Below, in pieces: positions 9,315 through 20,324 of a stretch of DNA of 64,000 nucleotides. A program made the position numbers and the translations under genes. The DNA is from Candidatus Poribacteria bacterium (GTDB lineage: Bacteria > Poribacteria > WGA-4E > PCPOR2b), in the NCBI GenBank assembly GCA_965218095.1, contig OZ244587.1:1-64000 (forward strand), in the 5' to 3' direction. The number at the start of each line of letters is the position of its first letter. Positions within the stretch are counted from its first letter, which is position 1. Under the pieces are notes generated by a model. The model saw only the letters and a program-made list of their open reading frames with translations. It had not been told where the DNA came from and did no database searches.

Positions 9315-10469
9315 TCAAAACTTTATGCGGAGCAATGACACCTGCAATTTTAGGTCGGGAATTTGCGAGTTCCTGCTATTGAGATAGGATATATTGACTG
9401 TTGGAAAAGGTAAGCCCCATTTCCGCTGGCCGGATTCGAGATTTAGTAAAGCCTCCCCACTTTCAGCAAAGTAACCGTATTCAGTGTCGTAGTTCCTTGT
9501 AAAATGGGCACCCGCCGCCAGGCCGAGCAGCCCACCGAGCCCCATGACTCCCCAAAAGGTACGGTCCTCCGGATGGATTTCGAGTAGAATATTCGTTCCT
9601 AAACCGTAAGCGTGCCGACAACCCCGGTGATATTGATGAGACGTGCACGGGCGCGGCTCATGTTCAGTTTCGGCGCCCAGGCCGCCATTGTCAGCAACTC
9701 AACATCACCACCTATCATGGCGCTGCCCAGGATAAGATCGCTATTTTCGTCATCTTCGTCATCGGCGACCATCGCACCGCAGATCGCAAACTAGGTTCCC
9801 CATATTCCACCGAAATTAATCAGGGTTGCATCACTGGAACTGATGTTTCTGCCCTTCACAATGCTGCTAGTCAGCGCCAACCCGATGATGCCCCCTGCCA
9901 TGCTAGTCCCCACAGTCGGTTTTTCATCGAGACTCGCGAGTTTCGCCGCCGCGGTTGCTTGCCAGATTCCCCAGACTCCGCCGAGATTGATCAGCGAAGC
10001 CTGTCCATTGCTCAGTTTGCTACCCTGCGTGAAACTTAATGAACCGATCAATCCACTCAATGACCCGGCGATTAGAGCGAGACCATAAGGTTCTGGGGCT
10101 TCCGTGTCTAGAAGGATCAGCGTGCCTACACCCAGCCATGTCGTGAAGAGTGTACCAAATCCGACTAAACTCGCTCTGCTGGCGCTGCTGGTCAATTTGC
10201 TTATGTCTGATGCCCGGTAGGTTCAATCTTTCTAATCGTTGCTTCCGATCTTCAGCAAACCGTGCGTAGACGATGTTTGGGTATTTGGCGATAATTTCAT
10301 TGAACTGTGTGTATGCCTCACTATAATCTCCTTCGACTATCAGCCTGAAGGCAGCTTCATAACCCTGCTCGGGAGCGTTCGATTGGGTCGCCGCTGCGTT
10401 CGTTTGAGAATATAACGCAGAGAATATGGAAATCATGATTAAAGCGATACAGACGTTTCTAGCAATCAT
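9315..10469 (-). pseudogene. Disrupted secreted/membrane protein with TPR-like N-terminus and Gly-rich TM repeats
   Basis: SD then ATG at 10469 and a signal peptide; frameshift near 10190, in-frame TAG at 9791 (GGIWGT* vs earlier repeat GGVWGIW), further frameshift near 9600; spread over three ORF fragments. Confidence 0.75.
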
Positions 10470-10533
10470 TGTCTTTACTCCCTTCATCCTGCCTGTACAA
10501 AACACAGAAGTCCGGAGATGGAGGAGATTTCTG

Positions 10534-10562
10534 TTGACATATCAATGACATCAAGGTAAAAT
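10534..10562 (+). promoter_or_regulatory. Sigma70-type promoter
   Basis: TTGACA-17-TAAAAT upstream of 10612. Confidence 0.65.
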
Positions 10563-10611
10563 CAGTTTAGCCGATCTACACGGATATACGACACAGAAAG
10601 GACTCACCCCG

Positions 10612-11334
10612 ATGAATTGTCTCGATTATGGACAGTCTTTTATCAATACCGTTGGTAACGGAAATGCCCCAAGATTTTGGTTAGAATCACGATGCCGTTT
10701 GATAGATAATACGAATGGAAGCGCCACCGATTATTATCAGTGCGGTTCGTGCAAGAGTGAACACACCTTCGCGGAGAAAGATCTCTTTCTGAATCCAAAC
10801 TATGACTTCCTCCCCGTTTTGGGTGAAGAACATGCGGCGATATTTAGAAGGCACGCCTACCACAACGATAACTATGTCGAGTATAAAGAAACGAAGGACT
10901 GTTGGGGAGGGGTTTTGTTTGAAGTTCAAGAAGCCGACCCCGTACAAGTCCTTGATAGCAATGAGAAAATTCTGCGGGCGACACGAAAATGTCTGCCAAT
11001 CGTGACGCAGACCGAGATATGGGACGCCAACACACGGATGCGGACAATTATTGAGTGTCCGGTGAAGACAATGAACATGGATGAGAACGCATGTATTTAC
11101 CAGGTCGATACAGGAATCGTTTTATTTCCAGACTTGTCAAAGCGCTATGATCCGCAAATTGAGGGGTTCAGCCTCGCTTACGTTGCTTTCAACGCACCGC
11201 ACTTCGCTGACTTCGTTATTGAACAACCAACCCCGATTGTTGAAGACGGAAAAAAAATCACCTGGGTGTATCACTATTCCGGTATTCAGAGCTTGGAAGC
11301 CAGAAACACTGTATTCTGTATCGGTGAATTATGA
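10612..11334 (+). CDS. Hypothetical protein (CGSCKSEH Cys/His motif)
   Basis: 240 aa with SD AAAGGA and its own promoter; no family recognised. Confidence 0.8.
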   Translation: MNCLDYGQSFINTVGNGNAPRFWLESRCRLIDNTNGSATDYYQCGSCKSEHTFAEKDLFLNPNYDFLPVLGEEHAAIFRRHAYHNDNYVEYKETKDCWGGVLFEVQEADPVQVLDSNEKILRATRKCLPIVTQTEIWDANTRMRTIIECPVKTMNMDENACIYQVDTGIVLFPDLSKRYDPQIEGFSLAYVAFNAPHFADFVIEQPTPIVEDGKKITWVYHYSGIQSLEARNTVFCIGEL

Positions 11335-11623
11335 CGTGCTCTTCATAGATAATGAAATTTAACGGTAATTTATTGGGCGCATCCCTTGACGCGCGTTGCT
11401 TTGCTCAACCTGTCGCCCGCTGGCGCCGTGTACTTTCATTTCGCTAGCGAGGGGTGTAAACGCATAATGGGTAAATGCGTTTATTGAATTATTTATCGAC
11501 TTACCCACACCTGTCTAGGATCTGTATATATGTGCCTCTAATCCTGACATTTTATGAAGAAACCTGCAAAACAAGTTCACCAATAAAAAGGTATTGATTG
11601 TCGAACGTCGAGTAGGCAGACCT

Positions 11624-12184
11624 ATGATTCCCGACGAAATCTACGTCCAAAAAACGATCGAGGGCGATACCGAATCGTTCAACGCGCTTGTGCAGCGCCA
11701 CCATGCCAGAATCTATGGGCTTGCTTACCGCATGCTTAATAATCCTGATGATGCTGCAGATGCGACACAAGAAGCCTTTTTTGAGGCCTATAAATCAATC
11801 AAATCTTTCCAATTCCAGTCAAAGTTTTCGACATGGTTGTACCGGGTTGCAATCAACGTTTGCCAACAATACATCCGCAAGTTGGATTCTCGCAGCCGTA
11901 CTTTAACAGCCTACACGAAGGATCTTGAAGAAAGAGAAGGACAATACGATATCGATTGTCCGGATCGGCGTTTGCTAAAAACAGAGCGGAATCAGTTGGT
12001 ACAAGCTGCGATTAACCAGTTACCTCCGAAACAGCGAATGGTAATCACTTTATTTTACATGCAGCACATGAAATATCGCGAGATTGCCGAGTTGCTAAAT
12101 TGTTCAGAAGGTACAGTTGCCTCTCGCCTGAATACGGCTGTGAGGAATCTCAAGTCAAAACTGAGAAGTTTACATCACAAGTAA
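11624..12184 (+). CDS. ECF sigma-70 factor
   Basis: Region 2 (DAADATQEAF, FSTWLYRVAIN) and region 4 (LPPKQR, YREIAELL, GTVASRL). Confidence 0.93.
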   Translation: MIPDEIYVQKTIEGDTESFNALVQRHHARIYGLAYRMLNNPDDAADATQEAFFEAYKSIKSFQFQSKFSTWLYRVAINVCQQYIRKLDSRSRTLTAYTKDLEEREGQYDIDCPDRRLLKTERNQLVQAAINQLPPKQRMVITLFYMQHMKYREIAELLNCSEGTVASRLNTAVRNLKSKLRSLHHK

Positions 12185-12297
12185 TCCAACAACATTAGCC
12201 GACTCTGTAAACCTGACTGAGGAAGTCAGGCGATCGAAGTGGAGTGAAATTGCACACGAGATTTTTTTCCGATTAAACATACAGAAAAGGGGACACC

Positions 12298-12837
12298 ATG
12301 AATCTCGACTGCAAGCGGGTCATCAAGAATTTTAGTCTGCATCAGAATCCGGATCTGACTCATCGAGAAAAGGCTGAGTGCAAACAACACCTTGCCGAAT
12401 GCACTACCTGCCAAATCGAATATGAGGAGATTTTACACACAGCGGCTGTTCTCGAAAGTCTTCCTGAACCTGTTCCGCCCCCGGATCTTGTCGAACGGAT
12501 TCAGACTCAAATCCACCAAACTTACCGGCGTTCCATCTTGAATTTTCTGGTAAATCCGATTGCCCGTATCCTCGTCGCGTTCAAATTGGGCCCCCATCCC
12601 ACCTTCGTCAACTACACGGCGATGCTCTTCTACTTGATGCTGACGATCTTTTTAGTCAAGCTGACATTTTTCGGCTCAACAGAACCCCTGCCTGTCACGC
12701 TAACGAAGCCGTCACATCCACAGACCCGTATAGTTCGGTTAGGTGACATGAAACGGGCTCCCTCTAAAACCATCAGGATAGAGAAAGAAAAGTCTAACGA
12801 AGTTCCAATCGAATCCGCAGCAAATAATCTTCAATAA
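12298..12837 (+). CDS. Zinc-finger (ZAS, HxxxCxxC) anti-sigma factor
   Basis: HLAECTTC, a TM segment, and position directly after the ECF sigma. Confidence 0.85.
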   Translation: MNLDCKRVIKNFSLHQNPDLTHREKAECKQHLAECTTCQIEYEEILHTAAVLESLPEPVPPPDLVERIQTQIHQTYRRSILNFLVNPIARILVAFKLGPHPTFVNYTAMLFYLMLTIFLVKLTFFGSTEPLPVTLTKPSHPQTRIVRLGDMKRAPSKTIRIEKEKSNEVPIESAANNLQ

Positions 12838-12865
12838 AATTGCAGCCTCCCAATGAGGACTCAAT

Positions 12866-12917
12866 AAAACGCCGTAAGCTTCAGGGATTCAAACCTGGCG
12901 ATAAGGCGTTTTTTTTT
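12866..12917 (+). terminator. Intrinsic terminator
   Basis: AAAACGCC...GGCGTTTTTTTTT. Confidence 0.55.
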
Positions 12918-12968
12918 GTCATTTTGCAGATGAATTGCAAATCCCGCATTACGCAACGCGATTGATAT

Positions 12969-14822
12969 ATGAGAGCAGACACAACGAATCTACCGATGCT
13001 GGTTTACGATGGCGACTGTGATTTTTGCCGCTACTGGGTTTCCCGATGGCGACATTTGACCGGTGACCGCATTGCATATGCACCATTTCAACAGGTCGCC
13101 GATCAGTTCCCCAAAATTCCGCTCGAACAGTTTGAAACCGCTGTGCAACTTATTGAGCCGAACGACGAGGTATCTAGTGGGGCAGAGGCGGTCTTTTGCA
13201 CACTTGCCTACGCGCCACGTCAAGGATGGACACTGTGGTTGTACCAGAAGGTTCGCGGTGTTGCTCTTATCACTGAGTGGTATTATCGCCTAATCGCACG
13301 AAATCGTACGGTTTTCTCCGCGCTGACGCGATGGCTTTGGGGGCGGTACATCAGCCGTCCAACGCACGCTTTGACGTGCTGGGTGTTTCTACGGCTGCTC
13401 GGCCTAATCTACTTCATTGCGTTCCTGTCGTTGTGGATGCAAATCAGCGGTCTGGTGGGCAGCAATGGTATTTCGCCCGCTGCAGAGTACCTCGAAGCGG
13501 TGCGTGAGCGGATTGGTTTTGAGCGTTATTATTTGCTGCCGACGCTATGCTGGCTGGACGCCAGCGACGATTTCTTGCAGTTTTTGTGTGGTGGTGGAGC
13601 ACTTTTGGCATTACTGCTCATCTTTGGCGTTACACCCACACCTGTCCTGTGCCTCTTATGGGGATTTTATCTGTCGCTCGCCACGGTATGCAATAAGTTT
13701 CTGGGGTATCAATGGGATGCGCTGCTGTTAGAGACGGGGTTTCTAGCAATCTTTTTCGCGCCGCTGCAAATTCTACCCAAATTTTCGCGGGAATCGCCAC
13801 CATCACCGACTGTTTTGTGGCTGCTGCGCTGGTTGTTGTTCCGGCTGATATTTGCTTCAGGGTTCGTGAAGCTGGTGAGTGGCGATGAAACGTGGTACAA
13901 CCTTACTGCACTCAACTATCACTACGAGACACAGCCACTGCCCACGTGGATTGGCTGGTATGCACATCAGGCGCCCGAATGGTTTCAGAAGATGTCGGTC
14001 GCAGGCATGTTCGTTATCGAACTGATTGTTCCCTTCCTCATCTTTGCACCACGGCGATTGCGATTTATTGCGTGTGCGATGCTCATCGCACTGCAGCTTC
14101 TCATTCTAGCGACAGGGAATTACTGCTTTTTCAATCTACTTACTATTGCCCTCTGCATCCTGCTGCTTGACGACGAATGTTTGCGCCGATTGCTTCCGAA
14201 ACATATTGGCACACTGTTCAAGGCACCACAAACACTGATTGCGAGCCCTCGCTACAGAAATGTTGTTGTCGCCGGACTGGCGACGATCATTCTTTTGGTG
14301 AGCAGCATTCTGATGACAGGCATGTTCTTACAACGCCGGAATCTACCGATGTTCGCTCGACACGTTCTGAGGTGGACCGCGCCGTTCCGCACAATCAACA
14401 GCTACGGTCTATTCCGTGTAATGACCACCTCACGCCCCGAGATTGTCGTCGAAGGGAGCAACGATGGTCGGACGTGGGAAGAATACACATTCAAGTGGAA
14501 GCCGGGGGATTTACAGCGTCCACTGCGTTGGGTCACCCCACATCAGCCACGTCTGGACTGGCAGATGTGGTTTGCGGCGCTTGGGAGCTATCGGCACAAC
14601 CAGTGGTTTTTAAACTTTATGGTGCGATTACTACAAGGTTCACCTGAAGTGCTGGCATTGCTGGATGGAACTCCGTTTCCCGACTCGCCGCCCCGCTACA
14701 TCCGCGCTGTCCTTTACGATTACCACTTCACCGATTTTGACACTAAACACAGCGAAGGCGCCCGGTGGCGGCGTGAACGGAAGGGGTTGTATTGTCCCAT
14801 TCTGTCGTTGCGCGGTAATTGA
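12969..14822 (+). CDS. DCC1-like thiol-disulfide domain fused to lipase maturation factor (LMF) family membrane protein
   Basis: N-terminal YDGDCDFC; LMF motifs YQWDALLLE, HYETQPLP, GNYCFFN, NSYGLF, PHQPRLDWQMWFAA. Confidence 0.9.
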   Translation: MRADTTNLPMLVYDGDCDFCRYWVSRWRHLTGDRIAYAPFQQVADQFPKIPLEQFETAVQLIEPNDEVSSGAEAVFCTLAYAPRQGWTLWLYQKVRGVALITEWYYRLIARNRTVFSALTRWLWGRYISRPTHALTCWVFLRLLGLIYFIAFLSLWMQISGLVGSNGISPAAEYLEAVRERIGFERYYLLPTLCWLDASDDFLQFLCGGGALLALLLIFGVTPTPVLCLLWGFYLSLATVCNKFLGYQWDALLLETGFLAIFFAPLQILPKFSRESPPSPTVLWLLRWLLFRLIFASGFVKLVSGDETWYNLTALNYHYETQPLPTWIGWYAHQAPEWFQKMSVAGMFVIELIVPFLIFAPRRLRFIACAMLIALQLLILATGNYCFFNLLTIALCILLLDDECLRRLLPKHIGTLFKAPQTLIASPRYRNVVVAGLATIILLVSSILMTGMFLQRRNLPMFARHVLRWTAPFRTINSYGLFRVMTTSRPEIVVEGSNDGRTWEEYTFKWKPGDLQRPLRWVTPHQPRLDWQMWFAALGSYRHNQWFLNFMVRLLQGSPEVLALLDGTPFPDSPPRYIRAVLYDYHFTDFDTKHSEGARWRRERKGLYCPILSLRGN

Positions 14823-15047
14823 GGTTAGCACCAGAGGAAAATGAATCAATCCAATTTTTACTTGCATAATCTTGACGCTTATGATAATATTTAGCATGCC
14901 GCGAGAAACCTTTTCTCAGTAGGAAAGCACATCGCGGTTTTTTTGTGTGTCAACCCCTGATGCCTCCTCTGGAGAGTTAAAACGTTGGAATTTCAGAGTG
15001 AGCTAGTATTGTTACCATCCCGTTGCAATTGCCTTTATTGTTTATTA

Positions 15048-15076
15048 GGAGTGGGACGATGTTTCCCGCTCTTTTA
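15048..15076 (+). promoter_or_regulatory. rimP-leader terminator/attenuator hairpin
   Basis: GAGTGGGA...TCCCGCTC-TTTT upstream of rimP, resembling the conserved rimP leader hairpin. Confidence 0.6.
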
Positions 15077-15237
15077 TTATTTTTGGAAAAAATTGGGATT
15101 GAACGGAGAGCTTGGGGGTTGAGTTGTGTTCGCTGTACACTTCGCTGCGCTCAAGGACAAGTTCGAGATAAACTCTCAAGCCCGGCTTTCACCTTGCTCC
15201 ACGGGAGCGGTCCGTTGACGCTGAACGGTTATGTCCT

Positions 15238-15690
15238 ATGACATCATTCACACCCTTAGTTTCCGATCTGTTATCACCTGTTCTTGCAGATGAAGAAATT
15301 GAGTTAGTTGATGTCGAATATCAAGGTGACAGCAAGACATTAAGGCTTTTGATTTATAAACTTGGTGGGGTGAGTATTGAGGATTGCCGCCATGTGAGCC
15401 AAATCGCAAGCCCAATTCTGAATGTGCATGGCGTGATACCAGGCAAATACAACCTTGAAGTTGCTTCGCCAGGACTTGATCGGCCACTTGTCACAGGAGT
15501 TGACTTCCGCAGGAATTTGGGGCAGAAGATTCAAGTAGAAGTGTGCGCTTCAGCCGGGGACTTTTCACAACTGAACGGTGCCCTGAAAGGTGTCAGCGAC
15601 GGAAAAATCTTCTTGGATCAAGCTTCTGGGGAGACAATTCAAGTTGTAATTTCAGAGATTACTAAAGCCCAAATCCAACTAATGTGGTAA
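15238..15690 (+). CDS. rimP: Ribosome maturation factor RimP
   Basis: ELVDVE, GVSIEDC, YNLEVASPGLDRPL; first gene of the nusA-infB cluster. Confidence 0.93.
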   Translation: MTSFTPLVSDLLSPVLADEEIELVDVEYQGDSKTLRLLIYKLGGVSIEDCRHVSQIASPILNVHGVIPGKYNLEVASPGLDRPLVTGVDFRRNLGQKIQVEVCASAGDFSQLNGALKGVSDGKIFLDQASGETIQVVISEITKAQIQLMW

Positions 15691-15719
15691 CACCTTGGGT
15701 GGATGGTGGAGATTATACA

Positions 15720-17087
15720 ATGAATAACGATTTACTCATGACCATTCGCCAAATTATGGACCAGACAGAGCTGCCGCAGGCAATTTTTATTGAAGCCATT
15801 GAAGCTGCTTTGTACTCAGCAGCCAAGAGACGCTATGGCTCGACACGCGGCGTGTCGATTAAAATGGATCCCGAGCTGGGGGATATTAAATGTTATGTGC
15901 CGAAAAAAGTGGTTGAAATTATGCACCACTTTGCAAAGGAGATCCCGATTGAGGAGGCACTGAAAATAAAACCTGATGCCCAGCTAGATGAGCTTATTGA
16001 GGTTGAAGTCGATCCAAGAGAATTTGGAAGGATCGAAGCCCAGACAGCACGTCAAATTCTTGTGCAAAAAATAAAGGAAGCTGAACGTGAACAGATTTAT
16101 CAGGAGTACAAGACACAGGAAGGAGAAGTAATCACCGGGTATTTCCAGCGGATCGAACGCGGCAACCTCATCCTTGATTTGGAGCGAACGGAAGGGATAC
16201 TCCCTTATGGTGAAGTGCCCCATCCTCACGATTATCGACGTGGCGATGCATTGAAGTGTTTAATTGTGGAGGTACGAGTAGATCCGAAGGGTCCGCAAAT
16301 TATTCTTTCCCGAACGCATAACAGTTTAATCGCTCGCTTGTTTGAAATGGAAGTTCCTGAGATTTACGATGGCTTAGTTCGTATTATGGCAATTGCCCGC
16401 GATCCAGGCGATCGTGCAAAGATGGCTGTTGCTGCGACGGATGAAAGTATTGATGCTGTTGGAACTTGTGTGGGCGTCAAAGGCTCGCGTGTCCAGACAG
16501 TTGTAAGGGAACTGGAAGGTGAGAAAATCGACCTCCTTCCATGGAATCCGGATCCAGCACTCTTCATTGCAAACGCATTGCAGCCCGCTACGGTGGTTCG
16601 CGTGAATATAGACGAGGAAAATGACGGTGCAGAGGTGGTTGTGCCGGACGATCAATTGTCCCTGGCAATTGGCAGGCGTGGACAGAACGCTCGTCTTGCC
16701 GCAAAGCTAACAGGCTGGAAGGTCGATATAAAGAGCGAATCTGAGGCTGAGACACAATTTAAGGAGGATATTACAGAGGAATTATTCAAACCAGCATCGA
16801 GCGAAACGGATGCCACATCGCCTCACCCAATCGGTGAATCTGATACTGACGAGACGGTGCAGGCGTCGCCTCGGCCTCATGTAGATGAGATGGATTTGAC
16901 CGGGTTGAAGAATGTCGGGCCCAAAACTGCTGAACTCCTTAGAGACGCTGGGTTTTCAACGTTAGAATCAATTGCTCAAGCAATGTTGGAAGAACTCTCA
17001 TCAGTGCCAGGGATTGGTATCAAGACCGCCAAGAAGATTCATTATGCCGCGCTGGAGATGCTCTCAACTTCCGAAACCTCGATCTGA
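15720..17087 (+). CDS. nusA: Transcription termination factor NusA (with C-terminal HhH repeats)
   Basis: FGRIEAQTARQ, ARDPGDRAK, CVGVKGSRV, LSLAIGRRGQNARLAAKLTGWKVDI. Confidence 0.97.
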   Translation: MNNDLLMTIRQIMDQTELPQAIFIEAIEAALYSAAKRRYGSTRGVSIKMDPELGDIKCYVPKKVVEIMHHFAKEIPIEEALKIKPDAQLDELIEVEVDPREFGRIEAQTARQILVQKIKEAEREQIYQEYKTQEGEVITGYFQRIERGNLILDLERTEGILPYGEVPHPHDYRRGDALKCLIVEVRVDPKGPQIILSRTHNSLIARLFEMEVPEIYDGLVRIMAIARDPGDRAKMAVAATDESIDAVGTCVGVKGSRVQTVVRELEGEKIDLLPWNPDPALFIANALQPATVVRVNIDEENDGAEVVVPDDQLSLAIGRRGQNARLAAKLTGWKVDIKSESEAETQFKEDITEELFKPASSETDATSPHPIGESDTDETVQASPRPHVDEMDLTGLKNVGPKTAELLRDAGFSTLESIAQAMLEELSSVPGIGIKTAKKIHYAALEMLSTSETSI

Positions 17088-17153
17088 TGGAGCCGATCAA
17101 TGGATCGGGGCAGGTTCAGCGGCTTGCTCTTACTCATTTGTAGGGGAGTTGAT

Positions 17154-17441
17154 ATGGCTGCAATGCCTATCCGTACCTGTATTGGGTGCCGCGGTAAATT
17201 TCCCAAGAACGATTTGCTTCGATTTGTATGGGATGCGGTTGGGAACCTCCGAGCAGATCCAACGGGTAAGTTACCAGGACGTGGCGCCTATGTTTGTCGG
17301 TCACAAGCGTGCATTAACGCTGCTCTCCGGTCGCAGAAAATCAATGCTCACTTGCGAGCTAATCTCTCAAAGCAGGTTATTGATTCGTTCAAACAAGAGC
17401 TCCTTAACCTGGTGAGTCATAGAAACGTTGAGGAGGTATAA
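17154..17441 (+). CDS. ylxR: YlxR (RnpM) family RNA-binding protein
   Basis: PIRTCIGCR, GKLPGRGAYVC; lies between nusA and infB. Confidence 0.9.
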   Translation: MAAMPIRTCIGCRGKFPKNDLLRFVWDAVGNLRADPTGKLPGRGAYVCRSQACINAALRSQKINAHLRANLSKQVIDSFKQELLNLVSHRNVEEV

Positions 17442-19559
17442 ATGAAAAGTAATCGGACCAAGCAAAGCAAAAGTACTCAAACGAAAAGTAACAAGATTCG
17501 GGTTTATGAACTCGCAAAACAATATGGGTTGAGCAGCAAAGAATTCGTTGAAGAATTACATGCGTATAGCATCCCCGTCAAAAACCACATGAGCACGCTG
17601 GATACGGAAACTGTTCAGTTAGTTGAAGCTGAACGAAAAGCTCGAAAGCCCAAACCTGCTGAACCTTCTAAAGATAAAGTTAAGCCATCTAAAGCTAAGG
17701 ATAGAGCTAAGTCTAAAACTAAAGTTGGGGCGGCACCCACAATCGATGAAGCACTAGGTGCTGAAGTTGCCGAAGAAGCGATAGAAGTTAGCGAGGAAGA
17801 AAAGACGCTATCTGTTCAGCGAGTTCAAGAAGGCATCACCGTTGGTCAACTCGCCTTTACGTTGGGATTTAAGGGGACGGAAATGATCCTGCGGCTCATG
17901 AAATTTGGGGTCATGGCGAACATTAACCAACGTTTGGACTACGAGACACTACAATCAATCAGCGATAAGTTCGGGTTTGAAGCAGCTCGTGTATTAACAC
18001 TGGAAGAGCAAATCCTTCGGGACGAGCCAGATGATCCAAAAGAGCTCCTCTCGCGTTCCCCTGTCGTTACGATTATGGGGCATGTAGACCACGGTAAAAC
18101 GTCGTTGCTTGATGCCATTCGGCAGTCAAATGTCATGGATACAGAGGCAGGGCAGATTACCCAACATATCGGCGCCTACCATGTAGAGTTAGAAAACGGG
18201 AATGTCGTCTTTCTTGACACACCAGGACATGCTGCGTTCACTGCGATGCGCGCCCGGGGCGCGCGAGCCACCGATATTGTCGTCCTTGTTGTTGCAGCGG
18301 ACGACGGTGTCATGCCGCAGACCATTGAAGCGATTAGTCACGCAAGAGCGGCAAAGGTCCCTATTCTCGTTGCGATCAACAAGATCGATGTAGAAACCGC
18401 TAGGCCCGATTATGTCAAACAGCAGTTAGCAGAACATGACCTCGTTCCCGAAGAGTGGGGCGGTCAGACGATTTTTGTTGAAATCTCTGCAAAGGACGGG
18501 GTCGGTATCGACGAGCTGTTAGAGATGCTTCTCCTTGAAGCGGAATTGCTCGAACTCAGCGCCAATCTGAATAAACCAGCACGGGGAACAGTCATTGAGG
18601 CAAAACTAGATAAGGGACGAGGTCCAGTGGCAACGGTACTTGTCCAAAGCGGTACTTTGCATGTTGGCGATGCTTTTATCGCCGGTCGATACTACGGAAG
18701 AGTTCGCGCAATGATCGACGACCGGGGTCATCGTGTGAAAAAGGCGGAGCCATCAACACCGGCCGAGGTGCTTGGTTTTACGGGGGTTCCGGAAGCTGGC
18801 GACCGGTTTTACGCCGTTGAGTTTGAAAGAGATGCGAAGGCAATCAGCGAATCTCGACAAGCCGAACATCGAGAGACACAACTCGGTCCGCAGAGCCGTG
18901 TGAGTTTGGAAGACCTCTTCCAGCAGATCCGGGAAGGCGATATTAAAGAGCTGAACGTCATCGTTAAAGGCGACGTTCAGGGCTCTGTCGAAGCTGTTTC
19001 CGATTCTCTACTAAAGCTGAGTACACATGAAGTCAAGATCAACATCATTCACCAGGCCGTGGGCGGCATTACAGAAACGGATGTCTTGTTGGCATCTGCC
19101 TCCAATGCAATCCTGGTTGGCTTTAATGTCCATCCTACGACCGGGGCGATCATCGCGAAAGAACGTGAAGAAATCGATGTTCGGACATACAGCGTGATTT
19201 ACAACCTGATTTCTGATGTCAGATCGGCGATGGAGGGGTTACTGGAGCCTGAGGTCCGGGAAGTTGTTGTCGGTAGGGGCATCGTTCGAGAGTTGTTCAA
19301 GGCGCCACGGATGGGCACGATCGCAGGAAGTTACATTAACTGGGGACGAATCATCCATAACTACGCGCTTCGGGTATTACGGGACAATCGCTTAATCTAT
19401 GAAGGCAAAGTTGACTCACTGCGTCGTTTTAAAGAAGATGTGTCCGAGGTTCAGGCAAACTATGAGTGTGGCATCGGTGTCAATGCCTTCGATGATTTCA
19501 AAGTAGACGATGTATTGGAATGCTATACCCACGAACGGGTGCCACGAACGTTGAGGTAG
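17442..19559 (+). CDS. infB: Translation initiation factor IF-2
   Basis: [47 protein letters not shown]. Confidence 0.98.
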   Translation: MKSNRTKQSKSTQTKSNKIRVYELAKQYGLSSKEFVEELHAYSIPVKNHMSTLDTETVQLVEAERKARKPKPAEPSKDKVKPSKAKDRAKSKTKVGAAPTIDEALGAEVAEEAIEVSEEEKTLSVQRVQEGITVGQLAFTLGFKGTEMILRLMKFGVMANINQRLDYETLQSISDKFGFEAARVLTLEEQILRDEPDDPKELLSRSPVVTIMGHVDHGKTSLLDAIRQSNVMDTEAGQITQHIGAYHVELENGNVVFLDTPGHAAFTAMRARGARATDIVVLVVAADDGVMPQTIEAISHARAAKVPILVAINKIDVETARPDYVKQQLAEHDLVPEEWGGQTIFVEISAKDGVGIDELLEMLLLEAELLELSANLNKPARGTVIEAKLDKGRGPVATVLVQSGTLHVGDAFIAGRYYGRVRAMIDDRGHRVKKAEPSTPAEVLGFTGVPEAGDRFYAVEFERDAKAISESRQAEHRETQLGPQSRVSLEDLFQQIREGDIKELNVIVKGDVQGSVEAVSDSLLKLSTHEVKINIIHQAVGGITETDVLLASASNAILVGFNVHPTTGAIIAKEREEIDVRTYSVIYNLISDVRSAMEGLLEPEVREVVVGRGIVRELFKAPRMGTIAGSYINWGRIIHNYALRVLRDNRLIYEGKVDSLRRFKEDVSEVQANYECGIGVNAFDDFKVDDVLECYTHERVPRTLR

Positions 19560-19651
19560 AGACAAGGAAACAGAACGATGGGGAGTTCAGGGGTTCAAGA
19601 GTTCAGGAAGGCATGAACCCATACATATTTCACGTTTCATGTTTCACATTC

Positions 19652-19936
19652 ATGCGTATCGGAATTTGTACAATCTGGTTAACGATTTCAGAAAGTCATT
19701 CACTCAAACAGAAGAGGCGGGTGGTTAAAAGCATCACAGATCGACTGAAAAAGCGCTTTAACATCGCTGTTGCGGAAATTGACGCACTTGATGTTCATCA
19801 GCGAGTTGTGCTGGGTGTGGTCTCCGTTTCAAATAACTCAAAGCATCTCAACCGCGTGTTATCTCATGTTGTTAACTTTATCGAAGAAACCGGTTTGGCG
19901 GAATTGACAGACTACCAGATTGAAATCCTCTCTTGA
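19652..19936 (+). CDS. DUF503 (YlxP) family protein
   Basis: SHSLKQKRRVVKS, FNIAVAE; canonical position between infB and rbfA. Confidence 0.9.
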   Translation: MRIGICTIWLTISESHSLKQKRRVVKSITDRLKKRFNIAVAEIDALDVHQRVVLGVVSVSNNSKHLNRVLSHVVNFIEETGLAELTDYQIEILS

Positions 19937-19948
19937 TGAGGGAGAATA

Positions 19949-20302
19949 ATGTCAGCAAGAAAACGGACAGACCGTGTGAGCGTGCTCATACAGAGAGAAC
20001 TAAGCGACATCATTCAACGAGAGTTAAAAGATCCGCGGGTGAGTTTTTGCTCCATTTCTCAGGTTCAAGTTTCTCCGGATCTGAGGTATGCAGATGTCAA
20101 GGCAAGCGTCGTTGGTGACAAGAAGCGGAAACGGAACTCCATAGCGGGACTCAGAAGTGCTGCCGGCTTCCTGCGGCGTGAGGTTGCGCAACGGATTGGC
20201 TTACGTCACGCGCCTGAATTGCGTTTTGAATTGGACAATTCTGTAGATCAGTTGATGCGAATAGATCGCCTCGTCAAGCGAACACGTATTGAAGAAGAGT
20301 AG
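19949..20302 (+). CDS. rbfA: Ribosome-binding factor A
   Basis: RTDRV, LKDPR, VSPDLRYA, GFLR, PELRFELD. Confidence 0.95.
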   Translation: MSARKRTDRVSVLIQRELSDIIQRELKDPRVSFCSISQVQVSPDLRYADVKASVVGDKKRKRNSIAGLRSAAGFLRREVAQRIGLRHAPELRFELDNSVDQLMRIDRLVKRTRIEEE

Positions 20303-20324
20303 CTCGGGGGCTCTTCAGAATCCA

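Noticed and set aside
15023-15241. 72-aa ORF upstream of rimP
   Set aside because: It runs through the leader terminator and a REP arm; likely spurious.
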